A DNA stretch of 64,000 nt. Origin: Bispira polyomma (taxonomy: Eukaryota). A program made the translations under genes and the position numbers. The DNA lies in assembly GCA_965649765.1 (NCBI GenBank), contig OZ287751.1, forward strand, positions 73,346,001 to 73,410,000, read 5' to 3'. Positions 12,485 through 26,540 of this stretch are shown here, piece after piece; the first letter of the stretch is position 1; each line of letters starts with the position of its first letter. The notes under the pieces are model-generated. The model searched no databases. It worked only from the letters and a program-made list of their open reading frames with translations, and was not told the DNA's origin.

Positions 12485-13131
12485 TGTAAATAATGTTAAT
12501 TTCTTAATATTGTGAAAGTATATTTTTATTACACACATTAGTGCATTGTAGATGCTACACCATTTACTGTCTTAAATGAGAGCATTGTGTACACACTTGT
12601 TGAAGATTCTAAAACTCTGCTGTATGTGTAATCTAATACCTTGTTATCAGTTAAGAGGAAATGACTCACCACACACAGGGATGGACTTTGTACTGTTCTG
12701 GCTGTTTTTTAGCTTGGAATATAGTAGGTGTTTTATATTTGTTTCTTTGTCTTTGGCTGTACACTGAATTATGTAGGAGTAAATAGAAGCATTTGTTTTT
12801 GGATATATGCAGAACTTGGCCCAAAATAGTTGGTAAATATAACTTATTTCTTGTTTTCTGGCCTTAATAATTGTTAAGGTATTGTAAGTTCATATAATAT
12901 GAAACTACTGTAAAACAGACAAAATGTATAATGTAATAATGTGAGTAGCTTTGATTATACTAGAGTTTAGAAGTCTTACCAGTAATATATTTGGTTCAAT
13001 GTTATTGTGTTAAAAATGCTTTATGTCAATTTGGCTGTTGTATTTGTACTAAGGAAGTTTTATGTTTATGTTTCAGTTTTACGTGATCTGTGAGTGAATA
13101 AATTAGATATAATTGGACCTGGGCATTTACA
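12485..13131 (+). repeat. BEL 3' LTR (647 bp)
   Basis: Matches the 5' LTR except about 4 substitutions and a 22-bp indel. Confidence 0.97.
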
Positions 13132-13979
13132 AATTATACCTACAAATAATATAAGCGGGTTTAAACAAAAGTCATCCCTAAAATTAGGCATTACTTATTA
13201 TGGATTAAAGGATATTATTGGTGGAGTGCTTGATGGTTTTAGGCAATGGTTCAGTAAAGTACTATCACTTGAATGTCTACACAGATTTATGCATATAATA
13301 ATGACCTATATGTCTCTTATTTTCACTCCTTTCATTGTTAAGTAAATAAGTGAAGATATCTGCTATTCGTGCTTACTGTCTATGTAAAGTTTTTCAGTAT
13401 GTAGCTTGCCTTCTTATCCTCGACAACTAATGTAACAAAATTATCAAAATCTGTAAGAGGGGCATTATCACACAAATAACTCTCCTCCATTAAGGTTGGA
13501 ATCTAGCATTAGTGAGGATAATGTAAGTACATGTGTCGCAAAAAATGTCAGTGCCTTACCAGTGACCTTTAATTTGATGTTATGTATGAAGACAATATAA
13601 GAGGCAAAGTACGGATATTACTTTTAATGACTATATTATATTCTAGCATTTATTCATATACTGAGCTAACATCGTAGCATGAATAGTTTAAGTTAATAAA
13701 ACAAGGTAGCTTTAAATTGACATAACAACTTAAAGTGACCATAAAGATTTGATTTAAGAGTAAAGGTAGCCTTAACTTCAAACAATGAGACTACCTTAAA
13801 GTGTGTAAATTTTGAGTTTTTAACTTTATGTGAAGGCTACACTTAAGATTTTTTAAAGATGTGTGAATTAAAGTAATGGTTGAAAAGGGCAGTGCTAAGG
13901 TGGCCCAAACATATAATCTATATTTTAGACATTTAACAGATATGTTTAATGTTTAGTATAGAACAAATGTAAATGAAAA

Positions 13980-15660
13980 CCCTAAGGCCAAAGTAGGTAG
14001 CAGTAGAGTGGGAAAGGAGGGCCTGAAAAGCCAGAGCCACCTCTTGGGAGGCATTGTGGTCTTGAGTGATGTATTTCCAGGCGCACTCCGACGTCCAGGT
14101 GCCATGACTCTATATCCTGCTGGCACCAGAACGCCGGAACGCATGGAAGATAATATTGGACTGCTGGAGCCCTTAACACTGGATTATAGTAGCCAGGTTT
14201 GCAGGAACTTGGGTATCGATCAATGGAATCCAGCTAATGTGCTTCTTAAATTGGCACAGAGGGGAGTTTCTGTGGCCGGGGTGATGGCTAGCAAGACCCT
14301 GACTGCTGAAACTGGGCAGAGAGGAGAGGATACTAAGGTTGGAATTTTAAGTATTTTGCTACATTTTTGGACTGCAGGGTCTTAGTACATTTTATTATGG
14401 GGTAAAGACCAGGAAGAGCAAAACTTAACGGCACTTCTGGCCAGTTGGACTAGGGGAGAAAACTGTGCAACAGCATGGGGAACCAGGTTGAAATCCTTAA
14501 GAAGAAAAAGAAAGCAACTAAATACAGTGCCTCAAAGACCTGGCCCATATACATAGCATCACAGGAATTAATAATTTGACTGAGATGGGGTACATCAATA
14601 ATTCTTTTAATTTTTGCCCTGAAGGGGCTGTTAAGCAGAACTGATTTTTGATAATATCTGATTCTGGAATCAGAGAAAGCAGAGAACGGTGCTATTTTGG
14701 CTTTGATTGCAGAAAGGTAATTGGAAATAGAGAAAGCAGAGGCGTGGTTAACCACCAGAACTTCCAGAAATGATAGCAAAATTATTGGAGAAATGTGCGA
14801 AACAACAATAAACCAAAAGTACTTTAATGTTTGCATCAGTATCAGTAGAGGGTCTAAAGGCCTGGTTAACCCTTTGTGTTGGCTATCTGTTTGAGATGGA
14901 AGGGCACATCTGCAATTAAAAAAACCAATCTATATTTAACATATTATCATGGACCTAAAACCACTGTGGATTAGGAGTTAAGTTTGTGATTTTTTTTATT
15001 TCTATCTTGGGTCAGTTGCCATCTAGACAACAGATCCGCCACATGATTGTTTCTCCCCAAAATATGGATGGTTCTTAAGCTGATATCAACAGCAGTGACT
15101 TCCATAAAAATGTTTCTCGCCATAGCTGCCAGTGTCAAATCCTTGGTCTTACCTGAACCCAAGATTGTGACCACAGCTGCATTATCGCACTGAATTACCA
15201 GTCTTTTGCCTGCCCATAGGGACTTCTAGACCCGTACGGCTACCAATATATTCAGCATTTCTAAATGCACGATGGTGAGGTCGAGGTAACACAGAGGGAG
15301 TGAATACTCATATGCTTGGTGATTACACCTACCCCCGAGGCCTTCGAGACAAGCATCTAATTGAATGCAGTCAGTGGTAGGTTAATGGTGCCATTAAAGA
15401 CAGGCAGAAATTTTTTCAACCAGTTGATGTCTTGGTGGAATTCAGTTGTCAATTTATTTTTTTGGTTGCTACAGTCTACCCTAAGCACGTCTAACATACG
15501 ATTTATAAATACACGTGATACCCTCACACACTTTGAAACATAAAGTAATTTGCCTAGTAGTGATTGGAGTTCCCCTTTTGAACAACATTGTTTTGCCTGC
15601 CAATTTTTAAGTAGGGAAATGGTTTCTGCTAGTTTTTCTTAAGGAAGTGATACAGTGAAA
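13980..15660 (-). mobile_element. Decayed Ngaro/DIRS-type YR retrotransposon fragment (RT end, RNase H, tyrosine recombinase)
   Basis: LDACLEG, IVHLEMLNI, CDNAAVV, NHVADLLSRW (RH); AFFFFLRIS, HAFRRSGAS, HGTWTSECAWKY (YR); many stops and frameshifts. Confidence 0.9.
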
Positions 15661-17973
15661 TCTAAAATACAATATTATGCAATTTATCTTTTTGTATGAT
15701 AAATACTTACCATATCCACTAACCCCACTATATTTGAGGATAAGCATTTATCTCACAAAAAGATAAATAAAAAATATTACAATTTGAGGGCTAAATATTT
15801 TATACTTTTGGTCTTAATTCTAGTCATACTTTACAACCTTTTACGCCCTATGCCCTCCACTTATTACACATATTCACAAATTATTGCACCAATTTAATGG
15901 TATAATGGCAATCCATTCGAATCGACCAGTTACTATTAAGTCTATATAGATGCCTCATCAAGTATTGTGGGTGATTACTGGGATAGGAGTATGATGTATG
16001 TGCATGTGAAATTCCCCAAGATATTTAAAAGGTCATATCCACAGTACATTTATAAGCTGCTACTATTTTGGTAACTCTGAAATTATGGGCTGAAAGTTGT
16101 AAAAATGCCAAAATGATGATCTGCGTGATAATTTTTTTGCATTTTCATCAACCAAAATTTAAGGTCCTTGATTTATGGCTTGTGCTAGAAAAAGTTGGTT
16201 ATATACAGCTGCTTTTGAGGATTTGCAAGTTAAACATATAGAAGGTCGGATAAACAAATGCATGTATGAATATATTATATCAAGATCAAATGTCTATGAC
16301 CATGTAAATATATCAGAGGAGGTCACATTTCTAAAATGATGTCATTGGAAAAATGTCCAAGGACATTCTATTCTAATTTTCAAATTAAAAAGATGTTATG
16401 TTAGTTTCTGTTTATCCTGGGTTACTTTAGACCCAGTACTTCTATCTTTATACTTGTATTTGACAGGAAATGGTTCGCTGTTGTACTACAGTGTCAAACT
16501 GAAACCAGGATTCGTCAAGGCTTTCGTCATAGGACTTAGGCCTCTTATGATAATAACCTTTTTCTCCCTGAAGTCATCTCACAAATGTTGGTGTTGACTT
16601 AGTTCTGGATTACATAAGCATTTCAAGTTGATAGTTACTGATTATTTAGACATGAAGATCGATTTTATTGACACTTATTATAGCTACTTTCTCTTATCTG
16701 GATGTCCCCTAGTTTGGCTTGGCTTTTACATGACTTTTTTTATATTGAGTGAAGTTACGTGTATCGTGCTTATCTTATTCTTATATCTTACCAACATATA
16801 ATATATAAATATACATATATCTATGTGTGTATATATAGGTGTGAAAAGTGATTCGGACAGTTTCCATCGAACATCTTCATTTTTAAGGAAAAGGTGGATA
16901 TTATATTGATATTAACTATTCGAATTAGAGGTAAAATTTCATGTTATGATGAATGTGAAGGAGGAGATGAAGATGCAATAATTAATTGTGACTATTAACC
17001 GCCCAAAAGCTATTGTATGCATAGGATATTTTCCAAATAAAGCGTACAGTCATTGCGGACACTGATATAAAAACAGTAAAGTAAAGAATTATGTTACCAG
17101 TTAATTGTAAATAAATATTTATTTCCCAATATCCCATAAAGCAATAGAGTGCATCTTTTGATGACATCAATAAAAAAATTAAATGCCATGTAATCAAAAG
17201 TAGGTAAATCTTGGTGGAGCACTTGGATAAATATCACAGAGAAAAATGTGTTGTAATTATTTTAATCATTATTTTATATATATCTTGTATAAACAAAATT
17301 TAAAACATGCCACATTTTAAGACCATATATCGAGTACATAACTAATACAAGTACATGTATGTATTTGTAGTTTAAATATGTTTATCAAGCAATTTAAAAG
17401 TCAAAAATGCAGGGACATTAGGTCCATAAATTGATTTTTGCTTCTATCACAGTATATAATTTTTTAGGTGTAGTATTTTCCCCTGTGTGGTCCTGAACCG
17501 GACTCAGCGGTGAATATTATTATTAGCCATTAATGAATTTGTTATTGCTATTAAATGAAAATAACATTAAATGCAGTAAAATCTGATTTAAGTACACATA
17601 TATTCCTACGAGATGGTGTTTAATGATATGGATAACTATAATAAACCAAAGTTTTGTGAAAAATTTAACATTTTTTCCTAGCATTTTAGATTTATATATA
17701 TATACATATTGAACATATTTATTGCAACTATGAACCACTGACATGCAAAAACATGGTTGGGTAAGAAGGTTTATGCACATAAGTTCTGTTAAAAGGTCCT
17801 CCTCTATCGTTTGACTTGAGGATACTTGTATGTATTTGTGTGAGAACTTGTGTGTAAATGCCTTTAGGGCTTAACAGAACATGCGATTGCCAATTTTGTG
17901 ATAATTCTATTTTGTTTTCATGTATAAACATCTGGGCTCTGGTTAAGTACAACAACATTGTACCTGTATAGTT

Positions 17974-18175
17974 TGTATAACACTACTACTTTAGGGTTCT
18001 GTTAATTCAGTACAACATAAGAGTTTTACAACTTTAAAACCTTAGTTTACACCCAACCTTTATTTTCTTGTTTATTCTCTTACTACCAATCAGATCCAAG
18101 CTCAACCACCCATGACTCCTCGTTTCCATCTTTATAGCATTATTAATTCGATATTTGAACGAGCAACATCCATTT
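17974..18175 (+). repeat. Repeat A1 of decayed Ngaro
   Basis: Diverged direct repeat of 24805-25008. Confidence 0.85.
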
Positions 18176-18250
18176 CAATTATTGGCAATGTATATGGAAC
18201 TTTTATGCGTTTTATTTTAGTTTGTTTTTAATTTACATTTATACAACCAA

Positions 18251-18288
<38 letters not shown>

Positions 18289-18575
18289 GTTACATCATGA
18301 GATGATGAAGGCGAAGAAGATGGGCAAGGCGAAGAAGACACCATTGACGAAAGTGACCAAGCCAAGGACAAAGAGAGCCGCGAAAATCTCAACGGCCAAG
18401 GGCCAGCAGGTATCTGACATTATTGTTTCAAAACTATAAGCCCAGCTAGCAGCTTTATCCACTCGGACAACCGACTTTTCTCCAGATTTTCTTTCTAGTC
18501 TAGTAGACAAACCCCCAAAATTAACTGAAGTGTGAAATTTAGTAAGAACACGTTTCTTTCCAGAAATCATATCTT

Positions 18576-21335
18576 TAGAGGGTCTAGTTAGATAATTTGA
18601 CGGGTGCCACTCTGGCATTGTTGAGCAATTTTTTTTTATTCACCGAAATTCAAGATGGCCACCATACAGATCCTTTAATTATCATTAAATTGTTATTTCT
18701 TTGTCAACTTTTAGGTGTAATATATAATTTTCATCAGAAATGTACACTCTTATACATCCCTGAAACATTTCCAGAGATACTAGGGAATTCAAGTTGACTA
18801 CCATACTACAAAACCCAGCTAAAAATCACCATGACATTGTCATTTTTTGCAAAGTGTTAATTGTAAAGGCTGCTTTGCACATAAACATTTTCAGAAATTT
18901 TTTTTATTTATTTACTTCAATTCAATTTTTGTGTGCTTGTAAGAAATCATCTAAAATATGTTTCAAATTACTGTTATAAATCCTACAGTACAAGAAGAAA
19001 TGTTTCAATTGTATCATCTGCCAAGTGTCCTGACTGCAATTCAGAATAATCCTGGAAGAATTTTGAATTCTATCAAACTTTATTATATCTTTTCACAGAA
19101 ATTGTGATGAAGAAACAGAAACTTCTGTTAAATACAAAAGCAACAAACGTAAACAACGAGTTTCATTGATAAAAAAGCTTAAAACCTATTTTGGTGATAC
19201 GTTAATAGTAATGAAAATCAATGGATGTGCAAGTCTACTATGTTTGAGAGATCAAGTGCCAAATAATTTTAAGATTATATCTGAAAATGACAAACACTAT
19301 ATTGGAGATGTTCTCAAAATTGTCTCAAATGAAGTGAAGGAAGTACAAAAGCCTCAACAATATGACATTAATATGCTCACTCTTAGTAACACAATAGAAT
19401 CTACCAACAGTACTCTTCTGCATCTTATTAGTGATTTAGGTTCACCAGGCTCTGCTACCAGGAAATCACTTTGTATTTTGCAATCAATACAAAGTTTGGA
19501 GAGTGGCACATTGAATCAAATCACACTTGGCCTTGCTATCAAACTACATCACCAATTTGGGTTAAGGAAAGACACTTTATTTGCTAGTGGTTTCATTAAT
19601 TCTTATGATGAGGTCCTGAGATTTAAGAAATCAGCAGCTAAGATGACTGCCCAGGACACAAGTGTTCACAAGGAATTCTTGCACTGACATTCTGTTAAGT
19701 GCCTGATTTGACAACTTTGATTTAAATGTTTACACCCCAAATGGCACCAGATAATCTCATTGCATGGCAAGAGCGTATAATCAACCATCATAGAATGTAT
19801 TTTCTGCCTTGTACATAGTTTATAAATTTTCTTTAAGGCTTAAAAGGGTTTTAAATATATAACCTAATGTAATGACTTTTAGGCAGGGTTATCCATTGGT
19901 TAGGTCTTGAGTTTCATTTGGGCAAGAACATAGCGAAAAAATTACATCTGCACTTCAATCAGATTTATCTTGGCTGTTAACACTGTTAACACTGTTGTAA
20001 AGTAAATCCCAGATACCAGAATGGTCTGATTTTATGGCATCAGTGGTTAAAAACAAACACACTCTAGTCCTGCAACAAAATATCTGGTTGGGCCATTAAT
20101 AGATTCTCCACCATCACACCCTGACACAGTTATAACCACTTTATTGTACATTGAGGATTTTATGAAACAACTAAACAAAATCCACATTTGTGCAGATGTG
20201 CAAATCTACAAAAGTGATCAAATGGTCAAACTCCAGTAGATGGCAACAATATAGTTGTACATCGTGGCGAGATGCACACTATTTCGTCTTTCATAGGCTA
20301 CATTCGTACCCTGATGGCAAGCAATGGTCTGGAAAAGATTTTGAAAGAGATTTTAGAAAAAAACATACAAAGGTGTCACAAACATATTATTGGAAGTCTT
20401 TGAATGGTTGTTTAAGCCCTTCTAGAACCATTTGTAGATTATGGCAACATAGGCCTGGACTAGATGGAAGAAGTCTTTTTAAGTGCAAGACCCTCACGAA
20501 CTGGCTGTTTATGGGTGGACTGTCCAATAGATCCAGTTATTATTATTCTCCTTTTATCAGAGTAGAGAGAGAAGGTGACTGGTTGCTACACTTGTACAGC
20601 TTGAAAAGAATGTTGCAATACTTTGTTGCTGCTCCTCATTGGACCTATGCACGATATATCCAGTGGTATCTTTTGGAAATGTCTGTTCTTCGTCAAGGTA
20701 TAATAGAGGAATTTCTGTGTGTGTCGCCATAAAAAAGGTGTGGAATTCTTTGTTTGTGGATCTATTTGGTGAGCAAACATACATTAGATATGAGAAAGGT
20801 AACAGTGGTCTTGTTGGAAACAGTCTTAAACATCTTATCATCTTTGCAATACGTTTTCTCTGGTGTATGATAAAATGTATGAGGAGTCCCCTTGAAGGAT
20901 CCAACCCAGAAACCCACAACGATGAAGGTATATGGGGAAAGCTGAAGACTAGATATTTAAGACAGAAGTAAAATCATAAAATCATTGCAGCAGTTAAGAA
21001 ATGCAAAAAATCCACTGTCAACTAAAGAACAAGATCCGCTTATAAATGTTGTGACAGGCCGTGTGGCCCCAGTGATAATAAATGTGGACAATGCACTTGC
21101 AATTGGTAAATCATTGACAGCTTAGTTCTACCCTCCCGTGAGGATTCTATTCACCTTTAGGAGAAAGGGTAACAATGATGGAAGTAGTAAGCAAAAATAG
21201 TTTGAAGGTTGGGGCAGGAAAAACTTACGACATGGAAAAGCTCTATGAAAGACTATTGGTAATTTCACAAAAAGAGACATAAACTAACAAGCCCTACTTA
21301 AGTAGGAACTTTCTCCTGTGCCTTCATCTTTGATT
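18576..21335 (+). mobile_element. Academ-like DNA transposon, 3'-truncated and decayed, inserted in the Ngaro gag region
   Basis: Left end TAG...ataatttgacgggtgcc...caagatggccacc; motifs GLAIKLHHQFG, SYDEVLRFKKS, DNFD, PPSHPDTV, EREGDWLLHL..YF..HWTYARY, DLFGEQT; superfamily assigned from recalled family motifs. Confidence 0.7.
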
Positions 21336-24300
21336 TATTTTCCTCGCTATCCACCAATGTAGAAGCGGCTTATGCCCAGGCCACACCTTCACAGGGCACT
21401 TTATATGTTAACATAGATACTATATTTCCTTACACCACGGGCTAACAAGCAGTAGACAGGGATCCCGCTTATGCTAGGGTTACACCTTCACATTTCCCCA
21501 CTCTAACAGGGTCAGCTACCAACTTCTGTCGGGGGCCAAATCGGGATCCAAGAACTTTGAGATTCTAGCTGTCCTGAGATGTTTGGAAATGTCAAACGCT
21601 GAGTTAACCAAATGAATAGACAGGGTAGAGACAACGCAGACACAACTGGCCCCCACCAAGTCACATGTTACCACCAGCCCCTGTAGGAGGTGCTCTTGTG
21701 GCAAGTACGAGTTTGCTTGCACAACTTCCTACCCAACAAGACTTCGCGAAAGACGGCGTGGAACCTCAACTGGACACACTTCGGGCGATGCCATCAATAC
21801 AGGCAGTGATAGCCAAGCAGCTGGTCGGCTTCAAGATAAAACACCAGCTGAGCAAAAGTCTGGCCATTACAGCAGTTCAGACATTACCACAGTTGACCAA
21901 AAACTGCGATGGCTCAACGAGGGCTGGGTAGGGGCGAATGCTAGGCGGAAACCAACTTTGCCCCAGTGGGCTGCCAGACAGTTTAACAACGCCCTTCTTA
22001 TCACAGACCCTGCATTGATGAAACGTATGACACAGCAAGTTGTTTGCACACTTACGGGTGCAGCTGCCTTCCCCTGGCCGATGGTTCGCACAGCCTAGGG
22101 CCACAGTATGCAGGCAGCCGAAGAGGGGCGACTGACGTGGGACAACAACGCATAATTGGCTTTGAATAGGTATAGCACATCTCAGATGGCTTTAAAAGGC
22201 AATAACAGTAATAATTTCAGGAATGACTTGACTAGGGGGAAACAGAATTTAAGAAGATTTCCAAGTTATATAAGATACAGAGATAGATAGATTTGCAGGT
22301 TATATAATAATGAAAAATGTTCTTACAAAGCTGATCATGCCAACTATAGGCATATTTGTTAGCACTGTTCAAAAACCTTGGGTAAAGATGCAGTGCATCT
22401 GGAATTCAAATGTTTTGAGTCCAATTCAAATAGAAATACAGATCAACAAATAAATAGTCGCTAGGGACGATACCGTTTGCCAATCAGTGGAATAGAAGTT
22501 TATAAAAATAAGCACAATATTGATAAAACCAATTTGGGAAATAAAAATGAATGATATCATTTGAAACATTTTGTGATAGAAAATATAAGCCCAAAAATAA
22601 CATTGCCAACAATGTGCACATACAGGTTCTTTATAATATGTCATGTGTCCATAATTATAATGTAAAAAGTCAATTAATGTGAACAATACTGTTAACAATG
22701 ACTATATGTACTTGTTAAAAAATGTTTTAGAGGCAAATAAAAATACCTTGACTAATGTTTCTAGGTTTTCAGCCGGTTGCAAACAATTTTGACCTCACCA
22801 CTAGTGAAAACACTCCTGATGGGGACAGTGTACTCTGGCAGAGACTGCATAAACAGACCAATGAGTCTGTTAGGGTAAAGGTTTCAGTTAAAAACTGCTA
22901 TGAAATTTAAGATTATGGAGGGATACAGGCCCCTGTGACCTATATCAGTGATGAAAACAAGGGGAAATTTAGAAACGGATTCTACTGTCTCTGCCATTGT
23001 GTCACTAATAACTGTATGGTATATTCACCCACTGTGATAACATCTCAAGGAAATCTGCAGATCCTAGATATATATTATACAGAAATCTGTGCTGAAAATC
23101 TAATTGCGGAAAAATCTATTATTGCAACAATGATCTGCAGAGTTCCACTCAATATGATTGCAATTATACATCATATATGAGAATGTGGTTGATAATCTTA
23201 TCACTCAGACACAGATAGCAGAGAACAGGTTAGTAAAAGTGACTTAAATACAACCAGTGCAAGCTGCAAACAGGAAAAGGTTAGTGATGGAGACTTACCA
23301 ATCACAGATAAGTATAAAGACGTTAGTCTTCTCCAAACATTCTGTCATTGCAGATATCCATGATCATAAGGGCTTTACCAACATTAGTATTATTGACATA
23401 AATAATCCAGACAAAACTACTGGTTTTATAACACTTTCCTCCCTAAGATTTGAATTTATGGGTCCAGAAAAGCAACCTGTCAACATATACTCAGTAGATA
23501 AAATGATTCAAATAGGCAATTTAGTTAGTGACACTGGTCTTTCCAACTTCACAAATTTTAATAATGTAAAAATAAAAAACAATTTTTCTGCTTTACAATA
23601 CACTGAAGCAGTTGGTCAATATCTGGACAAAGAAGAAAAAATGGAGCCAAGCTCGGCCCAGTCAAAGCCATACACTCTTCACAGCTTCACCGTTCACCAC
23701 TATTAACCCATCCGAAAGAGGTTGATAAAAGTTGAGTAATATTGAATCTCTCTTATCCTGAGGGAAATTCTCTAAATGATAATGTCAACAAAACCTCATT
23801 CAACTTCAAACTAAAATTTCCCACTATTGACAATATTGCACATGCAATTCATTATACTCAGGAACCGATTTTATTCAAAATTGACATTTCAAAGGCATTT
23901 TGTAACCTCAGAGTCGATCTGGGCGAAGCAATAAAACTTAGGATATCTTGGGACAAATTGTATCTTGATCCGGGGATCCCATTCGGCTGGGTTCATGGCA
24001 GTGCTACCTTTCAGAGAAGCTTGGACGCAGTTGCTTACCTTATGAATAAGTCAGAGTTCGACTTATACTGTTATATCAGTTTGCCTTACACCTAAACATA
24101 AGGCTCAGCAGGGCTTTAAGATTTTGAATTACTGGACAGACTGGGCTTTCCAATGAACAGTGAGAAACTCACTCCTCTCACACACAATATTACATGTTTG
24201 GGCATTGGCATAGATGTAAAAAAGGCATAATTTCTATAACCAAAGAAAAAAATAACCTAAATTTGGAATTTGTGTTTTGAAATTTACAATAAAAAATTCA

Positions 24301-24615
24301 TTTTTAAAAACAAATTTAAATCTCTTTTTGTACTGCAGCTAATGCACCACTATTTGCATCAACTACCCCTCCTTTTCACCCAATTGTGGACTCCCATGTG
24401 AGGGCAGCTCTTCAAAAAATTCTAGAACATATAGGAATAAAATACAATCCCATCGCTTTCACACATTCAGGCGCTTATGTTTCCCTCCGAAATATAGTCC
24501 CATGACTTGTGGAAATCCTCAGCTGTATGGACCTACTTACAACAAAGTTCAGAAACAGCTTCTGCAGTACCCCTCACATTTGCCTCCACAATTCCTTATT
24601 TCTCTTAGTTGTGCT

Positions 24616-24804
24616 TGGGTGTCAAAATTTCAAAAAGTTTTTACTATTATCTTACATTTTATCTGTACTTGTATACATATTAATTTGTACAAAAACATTC
24701 TCAAACATGATTTTACTGACTTATATAATCAAACGCTTTTTAAGTTACTTCCTGAAACTTCATGACTTAACCTCACCTTAACTTTACATCTTACAAATTA
24801 GACT
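24616..24804 (+). repeat. Repeat B1 of decayed Ngaro
   Basis: Starts just after the YR stop; diverged copy at 26941-27145. Confidence 0.85.
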
Positions 24805-25008
24805 GTGTATAACACAACTACTATAAGGACCTGTTAATTCAGTACAACATAAGATTTTTACAATCTTAAAACCTTAGGTTACACCTAACCTTTATTTTCT
24901 TGTTTATTCTCTTACTTCGAATTAGATTTAGGCTCAAACACACACGACTCCTCGGTTCCATCATTATAGCATTATTAATTCAATATTTGAACAAGCAACA
25001 TTCATTTT
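24805..25008 (+). repeat. Repeat A2 of decayed Ngaro
   Basis: Abuts B1; matches 17974-18175. Confidence 0.85.
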
Positions 25009-25492
25009 AACCCACCACCTCCACTTACCACAGCAAAGGTTAAAGACTTTATCAATTTTGGGCGATAGGCGGTAGAGTTGGCTCGGGGTCGTGTCCACCC
25101 TTGAACTGTGTGATAGTTGGTTCCTACTCTCATATACCTGCCCTTGGCGTGGCTTCCAAGGGAATTTGGAGCTCTGCTGGTAGGAACTAATTTGTTAGGT
25201 GCCTTGGTGCCATAGGTTCCACATTTAAATCCTCCCAGGCCAATTCGTGTGCTCTGACGCCTGATAAGTGAATAGTTTAAATGATTATAGTTAGGTTAAC
25301 TGATAGTTGTAAGAACAAGGTTATGTACAGGAATAAATATTCTCAAAGACTTACCATAGGTATCCTTGTCTTTAATTTGCTGAAAACAAGGTCAGGTAAC
25401 CCATCACATGACCTCAGGAAATTAGAGAAATTAGAGTAGAGTTAGAAATGTAGGCACCCGAAAAACTCCATCATAAGGCATATTTCCATCTT

Positions 25493-26540
25493 AAGGCATT
25501 GTATCCCTCTTAAGTTGCCACCTACAGTAAGTAGAGTAAAATAGACTGACTTCAAGGAAAGCTGGGCACCCCTGAGCTGTCGCCAATATCAGAAGCTTGC
25601 TTCATGTGTGTTAATTATTTTGCTAAGCAGAGAGCTTAAGCGTATAATATCTGAAATGTATGATAAGGCATTATATACCCCTCAGTTACTACCTACAGTA
25701 GGTAGAGTAAAATAGACTGACTTCAAGGGAAGCTGGGCACCTCTCAGCTGTCGCCAATATCAGAAGCTTTCTTCATGTGTGTTAAATATTCTGCTAATGG
25801 CCTGGTCACACCTACACTTGCTAACATTCCACAACGTAGAAAAGCAATATAACTAAAAACGTGGTAGTTTTGTGTCAAAGTGATGTCATTTTCATAAAGT
25901 TGGAGTCGATTGTGATGTTTTGTGATGATGTTGGTGATTATGTAAATCTACTTACTGCTGCATTCAGCTGCAATCTGCTATTTAGTGAAATGTTCCAGAA
26001 CGAATACAGACAAGTAGAGACGATATCACTACTTACTGCTACTTATCACTATGTACTGCTACATTATGCTGCTTATACAGACGAGTGGAGACATCCTTGT
26101 GAAATGGAGAGCTCTGCCACAATTATTTTAAACAGTTTAAGTAATCGCGGCAGTGGACATAACAAAGACACTTCCTGAACGATATCATCTGTTAAGCAAC
26201 GCCAGGGAACAAACGCACCAGGGATTCTCACTTTTGCACTACCTTCTACTACGTTTATACTAGGTTTCAAAACAACTGAAAACATCACACACACGTAGCT
26301 CCAGCACATGTAGGTGTGACCAGGCTTTAAGCAGAGAGCTTAAGTGTAAGATATGTGATATGTATAATAAGGCATTAGATACCCCTCCATTACCTACCAC
26401 AGTAGGTAGAGTAAAATAGACTTATTTCAAGGGAAGCTGGGCACCCCTGAGCTATCGCAAATATCAGAAGCTTGCTTTATGTATGGTAATTTTTTTTGCT
26501 AAGCAGAGAACTTTAGCATATAATATGTAAAATGTATGAT
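25493..26540 (+). repeat. Tandem array, 3 x ~172 bp, unit 2 interrupted by a MITE
   Basis: Units start aaggcatt at 25493, 25665 and 26369. Confidence 0.92.
25798..26327. mobile_element. PIF/Harbinger-type MITE (530 bp) with TAA target-site duplication
   Basis: TIRs gcctggtcacacctaca / tgtaggtgtgaccaggc; TAA at 25795-7 and 26328-30; empty site gcTAAgcag present in sister tandem units. Confidence 0.93.

Larger units (their letters stand above)
6080..13131 (+). mobile_element. BEL/Pao LTR retrotransposon, full length and young, with 2 coding lesions
   Basis: Near-identical LTRs bounded TGTAAAT...ATTTACA, AATT on both flanks, domain order gag-PR-RT-RH-IN, PPT ggtggggag at 12476-12484. Confidence 0.97.
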
